From Eledone cirrhosa (Eukaryota), in assembly GCA_964016885.1 (NCBI GenBank), contig OZ024742.1, positions 306,404,001 through 306,468,000 of the forward strand: 64,000 nt of DNA, in the 5' to 3' direction. Position 1 is the first letter of the stretch. Each line of letters opens with the position of its first letter. Of the stretch, positions 12,619 to 25,762 are shown one piece after another. Both the position numbers and the translations under genes were made by a program. Under the pieces are notes generated by a model. That model saw nothing but the letters and a program-made list of their open reading frames with translations, searched no databases and was not told the DNA's origin.

Positions 12619-13354
12619 TAAAATACAATATGTTGAAAAGGTAACACACTAGAGAGAGATAGTGCGCCATCAATAAACAGGGAAAACCACCAGTGTATGG
12701 AATATATAACCTATGAAAGGCAGGGTAGACACACGATAATTAAAAATATAAACTAAAGTGTAAATACGCACCTCTATAACTATATAAGACACGTACAAAT
12801 CTAGAGAGATCTGTTTCGACAGGAAGTTGTTGACTGAAATGAAGTAGCCCATGGTTCATCAGCATGTGTAAGGCTATATATTCCAGACAATTCTAAGAGA
12901 ATCTAAAGCGACCGCCCAGCTACACGTGGGAGAGAGAGATGTCACCGCGTTTTAGGGCAGTGAACCAGTGGTCTCTGAGGGACGAGCTGCTAGAAAGGGC
13001 AGCTCAAAACCATTCAGAGAAGTGTGCTCAACCAAACAGAGGGAGAGGAAATACTGTTATAAGGAGCGAAATAACACGCTAAATTAACGAAGCCATAGAC
13101 TCTCGCTATTACCTGTCAATAATGTGCTCAAAGGAGAAGGAATCCTGAGGTATTTAAAATACAATATGTTGAAAAGGTAACACACTAGAGAGAGGTAGTG
13201 CGCCATCAATAAAACAGGGAAAACCACCAGTGTATGAAATCTATAACCTATAAAAGGCAGGGTAAGCACACGATAATTAAAAATATAAACTAAAGTGTAA
13301 ATACGCACCTCTATATTGATAGGTAATAGCGAGAGTCTATGGCTCCGTTAATTT
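12619..13354 (-). mobile_element. Non-coding pLTR-like module: 160-bp direct repeat (period 536) plus 41-bp inverted repeat, internal HHR
   Basis: Direct repeat 12619-12778 / 13155-13315; inverted 13081-13121 / 13313-13354; right end at (TA)n. Confidence 0.8.
12789..12869 (-). ncRNA. Type-I HHR motif with intact core
   Basis: Minus strand ACATG-CTGATGA-...-GAAA-CAGATCT ctct AGATTTG-TA-CGTGT: 5-bp stem I, 7-bp stem III, GUA site; stem II weak. Confidence 0.7.
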
Positions 13355-13479
13355 ATCGTGATATATATATATATCGCTTTTGACCATGCCCATCCGTCCC
13401 AAAAAACCTGGAAGCTGCATACAAAAAGCTGATACTTATATGTATGTACATACGTACACACCCACACACAAACACACAT

Positions 13480-13700
<221 letters not shown>

Positions 13701-14209
13701 TGTATTTGTGTGTGCACTTTCACATACACGCATATAATTGTGTGTATGTGGAAGTGCACACACACCCACACACACACACATATATATATTAGTATCTTTA
13801 TACGTAAGTAAATTCGCATATTCATATATTCATATACACACACACACACACACGTATATATATATATATATACGCATATCATACACAGAAAAGTCAAGAT
13901 CCCATTATGAAATTCTTTCATCTTTTGCACATTTTCAATGGTCTTTGTTCTGAGATTCTGCCCAAAGCAGCATATGAGTCTTGATAATAATATTACTGCT
14001 AAAGACGACAGCCACATGAGAGCCACTGGCAGTTTTCTCAGAGTTGTCTAAAAGGAGGCGTTCCCAAAGGAATGTAATTAATTTGACATTTAATGCATAC
14101 TATCATATGTAACTCATTCAAATTTTAGGATTTTTTTCTTTACTTTTACTTTTATTTTCTTTCATATTTATTTTTCATTCATTTTACACTTACTCTTAAA
14201 CTTATTTTT

Positions 14210-14231
14210 TTTCTTCTTCTTCTTCTTCTTC

Positions 14232-14278
<47 letters not shown>

Positions 14279-14330
14279 CGTTCCGTCTGTGATGTTTTTC
14301 TTGATGTCAGCCCTTGTGGCCAATAAAGAA

Positions 14331-14381
<51 letters not shown>

Positions 14382-14721
14382 GTTATTATTATGTTGATAT
14401 TGTTATTGTTGTTGTTGTTGTTATTATTATTGTTGTTGTCGTTGATGTTGTTGTTATTATTGTTGTTGATGTTGTTATTGTTATTTATTGTTGTTGATGT
14501 TGCTTTTTTTATTATTATTGTTGTTGTTGTGTTTGTTGTTATTATTGTTGTTGTTGTTATTGTTGTTAAAGAAATCATTATTGTTGTTGTTGTTATTGTT
14601 ATTATTGTTATTGTTATTATTATCGCTGTCCTCTCCGTTTACTCATTGATGTTTGTTAACTGGCTAGTTAGAAGTGGATTTTATTGTTATCATTATTACT
14701 GTTAGTAGCAGCACCAGCCAC

Positions 14722-14779
<58 letters not shown>

Positions 14780-14811
14780 CCAGCAGCAGCAGTAGTAGTA
14801 GTAGTAGTAGT

Positions 14812-14849
<38 letters not shown>

Positions 14850-14877
14850 TAATAATAGTAGTACCGGCAGCAGTAGC

Positions 14878-14941
<64 letters not shown>

Positions 14942-15043
14942 CCAGCAGCAGCAGCAACAGCAGTACTAGTACCAGCAGCAGCGGCAGAGCAGTAGTAGTA
15001 GTAGTTGTTGCTGTTGTTGTTGTAGCAGTCGCAGCAGCAGCAA

Positions 15044-15108
<65 letters not shown>
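14210..15108. repeat. Compound trinucleotide low-complexity block (TTC/TTA/TTG/AGT/AGC)
   Basis: Direct reading; source of homopolymer ORFs. Confidence 0.95.
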
Positions 15109-15379
15109 ACTTGCCCGCTGCGGAGAAGTGTATGCATCATTTGAATGATTATATTTTCGTTTTGTTTGTTATGTTGTTACGTGTTTGTTTGGTTGTTGGT
15201 TGGTTGGTTTGTCTATTTACTTCTTCAGTCACCCTCTCCAGTTTCCTTCAAATATTATACCGCCAAACATCGTCTTTTTTTTCTTTTCTTCTCTCCCTCC
15301 ATTTTCTGTTAATGAGATACGATGACATGGCATGCTGGTATACTGGTATACGGTAAGCAGGAGAGACAGAGTGTGACAG

Positions 15380-15416
<37 letters not shown>

Positions 15417-15822
15417 GAGAGAGAGGGGGGCGAGAGAGAGGGAGAGAGAAGGAGAGAAAGAAAGAGGAAATCAAGGAAAGTAAAGTGGAAAGAAATAAAG
15501 AAAGAATGAAAGATAGAACAGAGGAAAGAAGAAATAAGGAATGAAAAATAGCAAAATATAACTAAAGTAAGAGAAAAGGAAAGAACGAACGAATGAATGA
15601 AGAAGAAAGAATGAAAATAGCAATATATAACCAAAGAAAGACAAAATGGTAGAAATATAGAATAAAAGAAGAAAAATGAAGAAAGAGAGTAATGTATAAT
15701 TAAATGAGTTAAAGGATAGAATGAAAGAAGATAAAACATGAAAATATCACCAAAGGAAAAGACAAAGCATGAAGGAAAGAAAAAATGAAAGATAGAAAGG
15801 TAACAATACATGTTAAAAGAAT

Positions 15823-16032
15823 GATTTCTAGTATAGGCACAAGGCCAGTAATTTTGGGGAAAGGAAAGTCGATTAAATTGACCCCAGTACGTTACTGGTG
15901 CTTTATTTTATCGACCCCGTAATGATGAAGGCAATATTAACCTCGGCGGGATTTGATCTCAGAACGTAAAGGGCCGTAACTCTATGCCTCAAAGCATGTT
16001 GTTCGACGCTCTAGCGATACTGCCAATCCACA
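15823..16032 (-). mobile_element. tRNA-derived SINE (Meta-type family), near full length
   Basis: GGCACAAGGCCAG...TTTATCGACCCCG...CGGCGGGATTTGATCTCAGAAC...GATACTGCCAATCCAC. Confidence 0.85.
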
Positions 16033-16348
16033 CGAGAACAAAGAAGAAAGACAGATAACAATAAAGAAAGAAAGAATGAGAGAGAGAAAAAGAGAGAATG
16101 GAAGAGGAAATGGATGAGTGACAAAGAGAGAGGTAACCAATATATGTCTGAAGAATGAGAACAAGGAAGAAAAAAAGAAAGAAAAAGAGAGGATAGAAGA
16201 CGGAGTAGGAGAGTGACAGAGAGAGAGAGTGACAGACAAAGATAGAGAGAGAGAAAGAGAGAATAGAAGAGGAAGTGGGCGAGTGACAAAGAGAGAGAGA
16301 GGCGGAGAGCGAGAGAGGGGGGGGGGTGAATGGGTGAGAGAAGGAGAG

Positions 16349-19300
16349 GTTGTGAGATAGCGTTGGCTAAGAGGGTAAAGGAAAGTGATGTTGTGAGATA
16401 GCACTGCTTGAAATGGTGAAGAGAAAGTTGTGAGACACTATTGGTTGAGAGGGTAAAGGAAAGAGATGTTGTGAGATAGTACTGCTTGAAATGGCGAAGA
16501 GAAAGTTGTGAGACACTATTGGTTGAGAGGGTAAAGGAAAGAGATGTTGTGAGATAGTACTGCTTGAAATGGCGAAGAGAAAGTTGTGAGACACTATTGG
16601 TTGAGAGGGTAAAGGAAAGAGATGTTGTGAGATAGCACTGCTTGAAATGGAGAAGAGAAAGTTGTGAGACACTATTGGTTGAGAGGGTAAAGGAAAGAGA
16701 TGTTGTGAGATGAGATAGTACTGCTTGAAATGGCGAAGAGAAAGTTGTGAGACACTATTGGTTGAGAGGGTAAAGGAAAGAGATGTTGTGAGATAGCACT
16801 GCTTGAAATGGCGAAGAGAAAGTTGTGAGACACTATTGGTTGAGAGGGTAAAGGAAAGAGATGTTGTGAGATAGCACTGCTTGAAATGGCGAAGAGAAAG
16901 TTGTGAGACACTATTGGTTGAGAGGGTAAAGGAAAGAGATGTTGTGAGATAGCACTGCTTGAAATGGCGAAGAGAAAGTTGTGAGACACTATTGGTTGAG
17001 AGGGTAAAGGAAAGAGATGTTGTGAGATAGTACTGCTTGAAATGGAGAAGAGAAAGTTGTGAGACACTATTGGTTGAGAGGGTAAAGGAAAGAGATGTTG
17101 TGAGATAGCACTGCTTGAAATGGCGAAGAGAAAGTTGTGAGACACTATTGGTTGAGAGGGTAAAGGAAAGAGATGTTGTGAGATAGTACTGCTTGAAATG
17201 GCGAAGAGAAAGTTGTGAGACACTATTGGTTGAGAGGGTAAAGGAAAGAGATGTTGTGAGATAGCACTGCTTGAAATGGCGATGAGAAAGTTGTGAGACA
17301 CTATTGGTTGAGAGGGTAAAGGAAAGAGATGTTGTGAGATAGCACTGCTTGAAATGGCGAAGAGAAAGTTGTGAGACACTATTGGTTGAGAGGGTAAAGG
17401 AAAGAGATGTTGTGAGATAGCACTGCTTGAAATGGCGAAGAGAAAGTTGTGAGACACTATTGGTTGAGAGGGTAAAGGAAAGAGATGTTGTGAGATAGCA
17501 CTGCTTGAAATGGAGAAGAGAAAGTTGTGAGACACTATTGGTTGAGAGGGTAAAGGAAAGAGATGTTGTGAGATAGCACTGCTTGAAATGGAGAAGAGAA
17601 AGTTGTGAGACACTATTGGTTGAGAGGGTAAAGGAAAGAGATGTTGTGAGATAGTACTGCTTGAAATGGCGAAGAGAAAGTTGTGAGACACTATTGGTTG
17701 AGAGGGTAAAGGAAAGAGATGTTGTGAGATAGCACTGCTTGAAATGGCGAAGAGAAAGTTGTGAGACACTATTGGTTGAGAGGGTAAAGGAAAGAGATGT
17801 TGTGAGATAGCACTGCTTGAAATGGAGAAGAGAAAGTTGTGAGACACTATTGGTTGAGAGGGTAAAGGAAAGAGATGTTGTGAGATAGCACTGCTTGAAA
17901 TGGCGAAGAGAAAGTTGTGAGACACTATTGGTTGAGAGGGTAAAGGAAAGAGATGTTGTGAGATAGTACTGCTTGAAATGGCGAAGAGAAAGTTGTGAGA
18001 CACTATTGGTTGAGAGGGTAAAGGAAAGAGATGTTGTGAGATAGCACTGCTTGAAATGGAGAAGAGAAAGTTGTGAGACACTATTGGTTGAGAGGGTAAA
18101 GGAAAGAGATGTTGTGAGATAGTACTGCTTGAAATGGCGAAGAGAAAGTTGTGAGACACTATTGGTTGAGAGGGTAAAGGAAAGAGATGTTGTGAGATAG
18201 CACTGCTTGAAATGGAGAAGAGAAAGTTGTGAGACACTATTGGTTGAGAGGGTAAAGGAAAGAGATGTTGTGAGATAGTACTGCTTGAAATGGCGAAGAG
18301 AAAGTTGTGAGACACTATTGGTTGAGAGGGTAAAGGAAAGAGATGTTGTGAGATAGTACTGCTTGAAATGGCGAAGAGAAAGTTGTGAGACACTATTGGT
18401 TGAGAGGGTAAAGGAAAGAGATGTTGTGAGATAGCACTGCTTGAAATGGAGAAGAGAAAGTTGTGAGACACTATTGGTTGAGAGGGTAAAGGAAAGAGAT
18501 GTTGTGAGATAGCACTGCTTGAAATGGAGAAGAGAAAGTTGTGAGACACTATTGGTTGAGAGGGTAAAGGAAAGAGATGTTGTGAGATAGCACTGCTTGA
18601 AATGGCGAAGAGAAAGTTGTGAGACACTATTGGTTGAGAGGGTAAAGGAAAGAGATGTTGTGAGATGAGATAGTACTGCTTGAAATGGCGAAGAGAAAGT
18701 TGTGAGACACTATTGGTTGAGAGGGTAAAGGAAAGAGATGTTGTGAGATGAGATAGTACTGCTTGAAATGGCGAAGAGAAAGTTGTGAGACACTATTGGT
18801 TGAGAGGGTAAAGGAAAGAGATGTTGTGAGATAGCACTGCTTGAAATGGCGAAGAGAAAGTTGTGAGACACTATTGGTTGAGAGGGTAAAGGAAAGAGAT
18901 GTTGTGAGATAGCACTGCTTGAAATGGCGAAGAGAAAGTTGTGAGACACTATTGGTTGAGAGGGTAAAGGAAAGAGATGTTGTGAGATAGCACTGCTTGA
19001 AATGGCGAAGAGAAAGTTGTGAGACACTATTGGTTGAGAGGGTAAAGGAAAGAGATGTTGTGAGATAGTACTGCTTGAAATGGCGAAGAGAAAGTTGTGA
19101 GACACTATTGGTTGAGAGGGTAAAGGAAAGAGATGTTGTGAGATAGCACTGCTTGAAATGGAGAAGAGAAAGTTGTGAGACACTATTGGTTGAGAGGGTA
19201 AAGGAAAGAGATGTTGTGAGATAGCACTGCTTGAAATGGAGAAGAGAAAGTTGTGAGACACTATTGGTTGAGAGGGTAAAGGAAAGAGATGTTGTGAGAT

Positions 19301-22300
19301 AGTACTGCTTGAAATGGAGAAGAGAAAGTTGTGAGACACTATTGGTTGAGAGGGTAAAGGAAAGAGATGTTGTGAGATAGCACTGCTTGAAATGGAGAAG
19401 AGAAAGTTGTGAGACACTATTGGTTGAGAGGGTAAAGGAAAGAGATGTTGTGAGATAGCACTGCTTGAAATGGAGAAGAGAAAGTTGTGAGACACTATTG
19501 GTTGAGAGGGTAAAGGAAAGAGATGTTGTGAGATAGTACTGCTTGAAATGGAGAAGAGAAAGTTGTGAGACACTATTGGTTGAGAGGGTAAAGGAAAGAG
19601 ATGTTGTGAGATAGCACTGCTTGAAATGGAGAAGAGAAAGTTGTGAGACACTATTGGTTGAGAGGGTAAAGGAAAGAGATGTTGTGAGATAGCACTGCTT
19701 GAAATGGAGAAGAGAAAGTTGTGAGACACTATTGGTTGAGAGGGTAAAGGAAAGAGATGTTGTGAGATAGTACTGCTTGAAATGGCGAAGAGAAAGTTGT
19801 GAGACACTATTGGTTGAGAGGGTAAAGGAAAGAGATGTTGTGAGATAGTACTGCTTGAAATGGAGAAGAGAAAGTTGTGAGACACTATTGGTTGAGAGGG
19901 TAAAGGAAAGAGATGTTGTGAGATAGCACTGCTTGAAATGGCGAAGAGAAAGTTGTGAGACACTATTGGTTGAGAGGGTAAAGGAAAGAGATGTTGTGAG
20001 ATAGCACTGCTTGAAATGGAGAAGAGAAAGTTGTGAGACACTATTGGTTGAGAGGGTAAAGGAAAGAGATGTTGTGAGATAGCACTGCTTGAAATGGAGA
20101 AGAGAAAGTTGTGAGACACTATTGGTTGAGAGGGTAAAGGAAAGAGATGTTGTGAGATAGTACTGCTTGAAATGGCGAAGAGAAAGTTGTGAGACACTAT
20201 TGGTTGAGAGGGTAAAGGAAAGAGATGTTGTGAGATAGCACTGCTTGAAATGGCGAAGAGAAAGTTGTGAGACACTATTGGTTGAGAGGGTAAAGGAAAG
20301 AGATGTTGTGAGATAGCACTGCTTGAAATGGAGAAGAGAAAGTTGTGAGACACTATTGGTTGAGAGGGTAAAGGAAAGAGATGTTGTGAGATAGCACTGC
20401 TTGAAATGGCGAAGAGAAAGTTGTGAGACACTATTGGTTGAGAGGGTAAAGGAAAGAGATGTTGTGAGATAGTACTGCTTGAAATGGCGAAGAGAAAGTT
20501 GTGAGACACTATTGGTTGAGAGGGTAAAGGAAAGAGATGTTGTGAGATAGCACTGCTTGAAATGGAGAAGAGAAAGTTGTGAGACACTATTGGTTGAGAG
20601 GGTAAAGGAAAGAGATGTTGTGAGATAGTACTGCTTGAAATGGCGAAGAGAAAGTTGTGAGACACTATTGGTTGAGAGGGTAAAGGAAAGAGATGTTGTG
20701 AGATAGCACTGCTTGAAATGGAGAAGAGAAAGTTGTGAGACACTATTGGTTGAGAGGGTAAAGGAAAGAGATGTTGTGAGATAGTACTGCTTGAAATGGC
20801 GAAGAGAAAGTTGTGAGACACTATTGGTTGAGAGGGTAAAGGAAAGAGATGTTGTGAGATAGTACTGCTTGAAATGGCGAAGAGAAAGTTGTGAGACACT
20901 ATTGGTTGAGAGGGTAAAGGAAAGAGATGTTGTGAGATAGCACTGCTTGAAATGGAGAAGAGAAAGTTGTGAGACACTATTGGTTGAGAGGGTAAAGGAA
21001 AGAGATGTTGTGAGATAGCACTGCTTGAAATGGAGAAGAGAAAGTTGTGAGACACTATTGGTTGAGAGGGTAAAGGAAAGAGATGTTGTGAGATAGCACT
21101 GCTTGAAATGGCGAAGAGAAAGTTGTGAGACACTATTGGTTGAGAGGGTAAAGGAAAGAGATGTTGTGAGATGAGATAGTACTGCTTGAAATGGCGAAGA
21201 GAAAGTTGTGAGACACTATTGGTTGAGAGGGTAAAGGAAAGAGATGTTGTGAGATGAGATAGTACTGCTTGAAATGGCGAAGAGAAAGTTGTGAGACACT
21301 ATTGGTTGAGAGGGTAAAGGAAAGAGATGTTGTGAGATAGCACTGCTTGAAATGGCGAAGAGAAAGTTGTGAGACACTATTGGTTGAGAGGGTAAAGGAA
21401 AGAGATGTTGTGAGATAGCACTGCTTGAAATGGCGAAGAGAAAGTTGTGAGACACTATTGGTTGAGAGGGTAAAGGAAAGAGATGTTGTGAGATAGTACT
21501 GCTTGAAATGGCGAAGAGAAAGTTGTGAGACACTATTGGTTGAGAGGGTAAAGGAAAGAGATGTTGTGAGATAGCACTGCTTGAAATGGAGAAGAGAAAG
21601 TTGTGAGACACTATTGGTTGAGAGGGTAAAGGAAAGAGATGTTGTGAGATAGTACTGCTTGAAATGGAGAAGAGAAAGTTGTGAGACACTATTGGTTGAG
21701 AGGGTAAAGGAAAGAGATGTTGTGAGATAGCACTGCTTGAAATGGAGAAGAGAAAGTTGTGAGACACTATTGGTTGAGAGGGTAAAGGAAAGAGATGTTG
21801 TGAGATAGCACTGCTTGAAATGGAGAAGAGAAAGTTGTGAGACACTATTGGTTGAGAGGGTAAAGGAAAGAGATGTTGTGAGATAGTACTGCTTGAAATG
21901 GCGAAGAGAAAGTTGTGAGACACTATTGGTTGAGAGGGTAAAGGAAAGAGATGTTGTGAGATAGCACTGCTTGAAATGGAGAAGAGAAAGTTGTGAGACA
22001 CTATTGGTTGAGAGGGTAAAGGAAAGAGATGTTGTGAGATAGCACTGCTTGAAATGGAGAAGAGAAAGTTGTGAGACACTATTGGTTGAGAGGGTAAAGG
22101 AAAGAGATGTTGTGAGATAGTACTGCTTGAAATGGCGAAGAGAAAGTTGTGAGACACTATTGGTTGAGAGGGTAAAGGAAAGAGATGTTGTGAGATAGTA
22201 CTGCTTGAAATGGAGAAGAGAAAGTTGTGAGACACTATTGGTTGAGAGGGTAAAGGAAAGAGATGTTGTGAGATAGCACTGCTTGAAATGGAGAAGAGAA

Positions 22301-22804
22301 AGTTGTGAGACACTATTGGTTGAGAGGGTAAAGGAAAGAGATGTTGTGAGATAGTACTGCTTGAAATGGCGAAGAGAAAGTTGTGAGACACTATTGGTTG
22401 AGAGGGTAAAGGAAAGAGATGTTGTGAGATAGTACTGCTTGAAATGGAGAAGAGAAAGTTGTGAGACACTATTGGTTGAGAGGGTAAAGGAAAGAGATGT
22501 TGTGAGATAGCACTGCTTGAAATGGAGAAGAGAAAGTTGTGAGACACTATTGGTTGAGAGGGTAAAGGAAAGAGATGTTGTGAGATAGCACTGCTTGAAA
22601 TGGAGAAGAGAAAGTTGTGAGACACTATTGGTTGAGAGGGTAAAGGAAAGAGATGTTGTGAGATAGCACTGCTTGAAATGGCGAAGAGAAAGTTGTGAGA
22701 CACTATTCGTTGAGAGGGTAAAGGAAAGAGATGTTGTGAGATAGCACTGCTTGAAATGGTGAAGAGAAAGTTGTGAGACACTATTGGTTGAGAGGGTAAA
22801 GGAA
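16349..22804. repeat. 78-bp minisatellite array, about 82-83 units
   Basis: Unit GTTGTGAGATAGYACTGCTTGAAATGGMGAAGAGAAAGTTGTGAGACACTATTGGTTGAGAGGGTAAAGGAAAGAGAT; near-identical copies. Confidence 0.99.
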
Positions 22805-22901
22805 GCTGTAGGAATAGGTGAGACATTTGGATAATTAGGAGTTGGATGAGAAATGCTGGAGTGGCGAATATAAAGTAGTTATAGTGGTGGTAATTGTATT
22901 T

Positions 22902-22974
<73 letters not shown>

Positions 22975-22988
22975 GGTGGTACTACTAC

Positions 22989-23019
<31 letters not shown>

Positions 23020-23157
23020 GGTGGTACTACTACTAGTAGTAGTAGTAGTAGTAGTGGTGGTGGAGATGGTGGTGTTGGTGGTATTAGTAGTGGTGGTGGT
23101 TGTAGTAGTGGTTGATATGGTGGTTGTAGTGGTGGTGGTAGTGGTAATAGCAGTAGC

Positions 23158-23198
<41 letters not shown>

Positions 23199-23881
23199 AA
23201 GAAGAAGAAAAGAAGCAGAAGAAGAAGAAGAAGAAGAAGAAGAAGAAGAACCTGAACAATGAGGTGAATGAGCAAGGTGGAAGAGGAGAAGGTTTAGGTA
23301 GGGAGAAGGAGGAGTAGAAGAGTAGGGAAGGTAATAAGGAAATGAAGAGAAGTAGGAGGAATGAGAGGGGGAGGGGATGATAGTGATGATGGTATTAAAT
23401 ATACTTGTAATGTAGATCATGAAGATGATGATGGTGATGGCGGTGACGATGATGATGATGATGGTGATGATGGTGGTGGTGGCGGTGGTGGTGATGTTGA
23501 TGATCATCATCATGATCATGAATATGATGATGGTGATGATGGTAATGATGATGATGATGATGGTGGTGTTTGTGGTGGGGCTGGTAACGACGTTGATGAT
23601 GACGATGACGACAATGATGATGATGATGATGATGACGACGACGTCGATGATGATGATGGTGGTGATGAGGGCGGCGGCGGTGGTGGTGGTGGTGGTGCTG
23701 GTGCTGGTGATGTTGATGTTGATGATGATGTATCATTACCATCATCACCATGAAGATGATGATGATGGTAATGATAATGATGATGGTAATGCTGATGATG
23801 ATGATGGTGTTTGTGGTGGTGATGTTGTTGATGATGACGACGACGACGATGATGATGTCGATGATGATGATGATGATGATT
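22902..23881. repeat. Compound trinucleotide block (AGT/GGT/GAA/GAT)
   Basis: Direct reading. Confidence 0.95.
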
Positions 23882-24283
23882 TTGAGAAAGTAATGGAGTC
23901 TGTTGTTCAGAGCAGTGATATATAATCAAACGGATATTAATAATTATTATGCTACTACAATTATTGGCTTCTGAATTGTAGAATACATAGTTGCAGAAAA
24001 TATATATTCATCCTCCCGCACACCCACTCCCACACACTCACAACAAAGAATGTCTTAAGGAGGTGTAAAACTCTGAGTAGTAAATCTCTGAATCATCAAT
24101 ATTCATATGTAGCCTAACTTGTCTTTTATTTTTAATAAAAAAAAAATTGTATATATCTATACGCGAAGATACATACGTCCATATGCTGCAACACACTATC
24201 TCTCTCACTCTCTCTCACACACACACCCACCCACCCACACTCACACATACACACACACGCGCACACACACACACACACACACG

Positions 24284-24439
<156 letters not shown>

Positions 24440-24507
24440 GGGTGAAGGCAGCGATTTTTGCTTGAACTTTAATCTGTTCTTATAATAAATATATATATAA
24501 TATATAA

Positions 24508-24551
<44 letters not shown>

Positions 24552-24710
24552 TTCAAAGTTTATCTGGGGTTCAATCGGAGGTAACCACAGTAAGTAAGGT
24601 ACTCAATACAAAGCAGAGTATAAATATTTAATATAGAAATGGCTTCTACAGGAGTAGAACTGTTTCATTCGGGAGAAATTATCAGGAATCCCATGGGCTT
24701 TCTGATGACA
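24440..24710 (-). mobile_element. Truncated copy of the HHR-bearing modules at 57188-58200
   Basis: 24565-24691 matches 57195-57318; 24440-24486 is the reverse complement of 58027-58073. Confidence 0.85.
24641..24691 (-). ncRNA. Type-I HHR motif, G8>A (CUGAUAA)
   Basis: GGATTC-CTGATAA-..-GAAA-CAG..CTG-TA-GAAGCC; paralogue of 57268-57318. Confidence 0.65.
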
Positions 24711-24762
24711 TGCATGCATACATACATACATACATACATACATACATACATACATACATACA

Positions 24763-24794
<32 letters not shown>

Positions 24795-24795
<1 letters not shown>

Positions 24796-25380
24796 GGTGG
24801 CTGCCAACTGGTTTTCGAGTACGCCAACTACTTTATATCCATGTAGGAGAACCCCTACCGAAGCGCTGAACGAGTGTGACTTTTTAGTCCAGCCAGTGAC
24901 TTGAAAACTCTGGTACAAACACTACACTTGTGACAATTATTGACACATAGTGCTGGGCCCATGGCACCATGTAACGACAAGTGCAGAGAGATCTCCAGAT
25001 ATAAAACAATGCCTGTGCCGGGAAGCTTTTATAGTGAGCAAAGGCACTGCACAAAGCCAGTCCCACTCTCTTAACCAAGATGATATTTACCAAAAAGAAG
25101 AACAAGTCAACATCAATGGATACCATCAGGGTTGCAGGTGTTATATCAGAGTTTTCATTCTCCTAGAATTCTGCCTTGACAAAGGCTAAGGGTCATCTCT
25201 CCCGGTGATTTTGGATGGCCATTGACTCTTAAGAGCGCCTTTGCCTTTTGATAAGTTTTGTTTTTAGTCCTGCAGGATGTCCAAAGTCACCCTCCTCACT
25301 AACAAACCTTGGTGGGTTGCCAGTTTAGTCGCCAACGACCCGACCATGGGACAGGTGGTACTGGGATACATGTTACCAGT
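24795..25380 (-). mobile_element. RTE-type 5'UTR-like non-coding element bounded by (CATA)n
   Basis: Shares motif AGCC.TTGT.A.GGCA....TCTAGG.GAA...AACTC.GATATAA.ACCTGC with the RTE leader at 29400-29470; no ORF. Confidence 0.55.
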
Positions 25381-25397
25381 AGCATACATACATACAT

Positions 25398-25453
25398 GAT
25401 GATGGTTGCCCCCTCGTTATCGAGTATGGCCATTGCACGAGAAAAAAAAAAAA

Positions 25454-25509
<56 letters not shown>

Positions 25510-25610
25510 TAAAAAAAAGAAATATATATATATATACATATACATACATATATACATACACACATACATACACATACACACACACATATACACACACATA
25601 CATTAATAAC

Positions 25611-25641
<31 letters not shown>

Positions 25642-25720
25642 GCAATAATAATAATAACGACAACAACAATAATAATATACATATTCATATATATATACAC
25701 ACACACGCACGCCCATACGC

Positions 25721-25762
<42 letters not shown>

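Noticed and set aside
16349-22804. CRISPR-like array
   Set aside because: No unique spacers, no cas genes, eukaryotic context
16367-23519. 651/807/767-aa minus-strand ORFs with a 26-aa repeat
   Set aside because: By-product of a 78-bp unit lacking stops in one frame; broken by 5-bp insertions, alternative starts, upstream part is microsatellite
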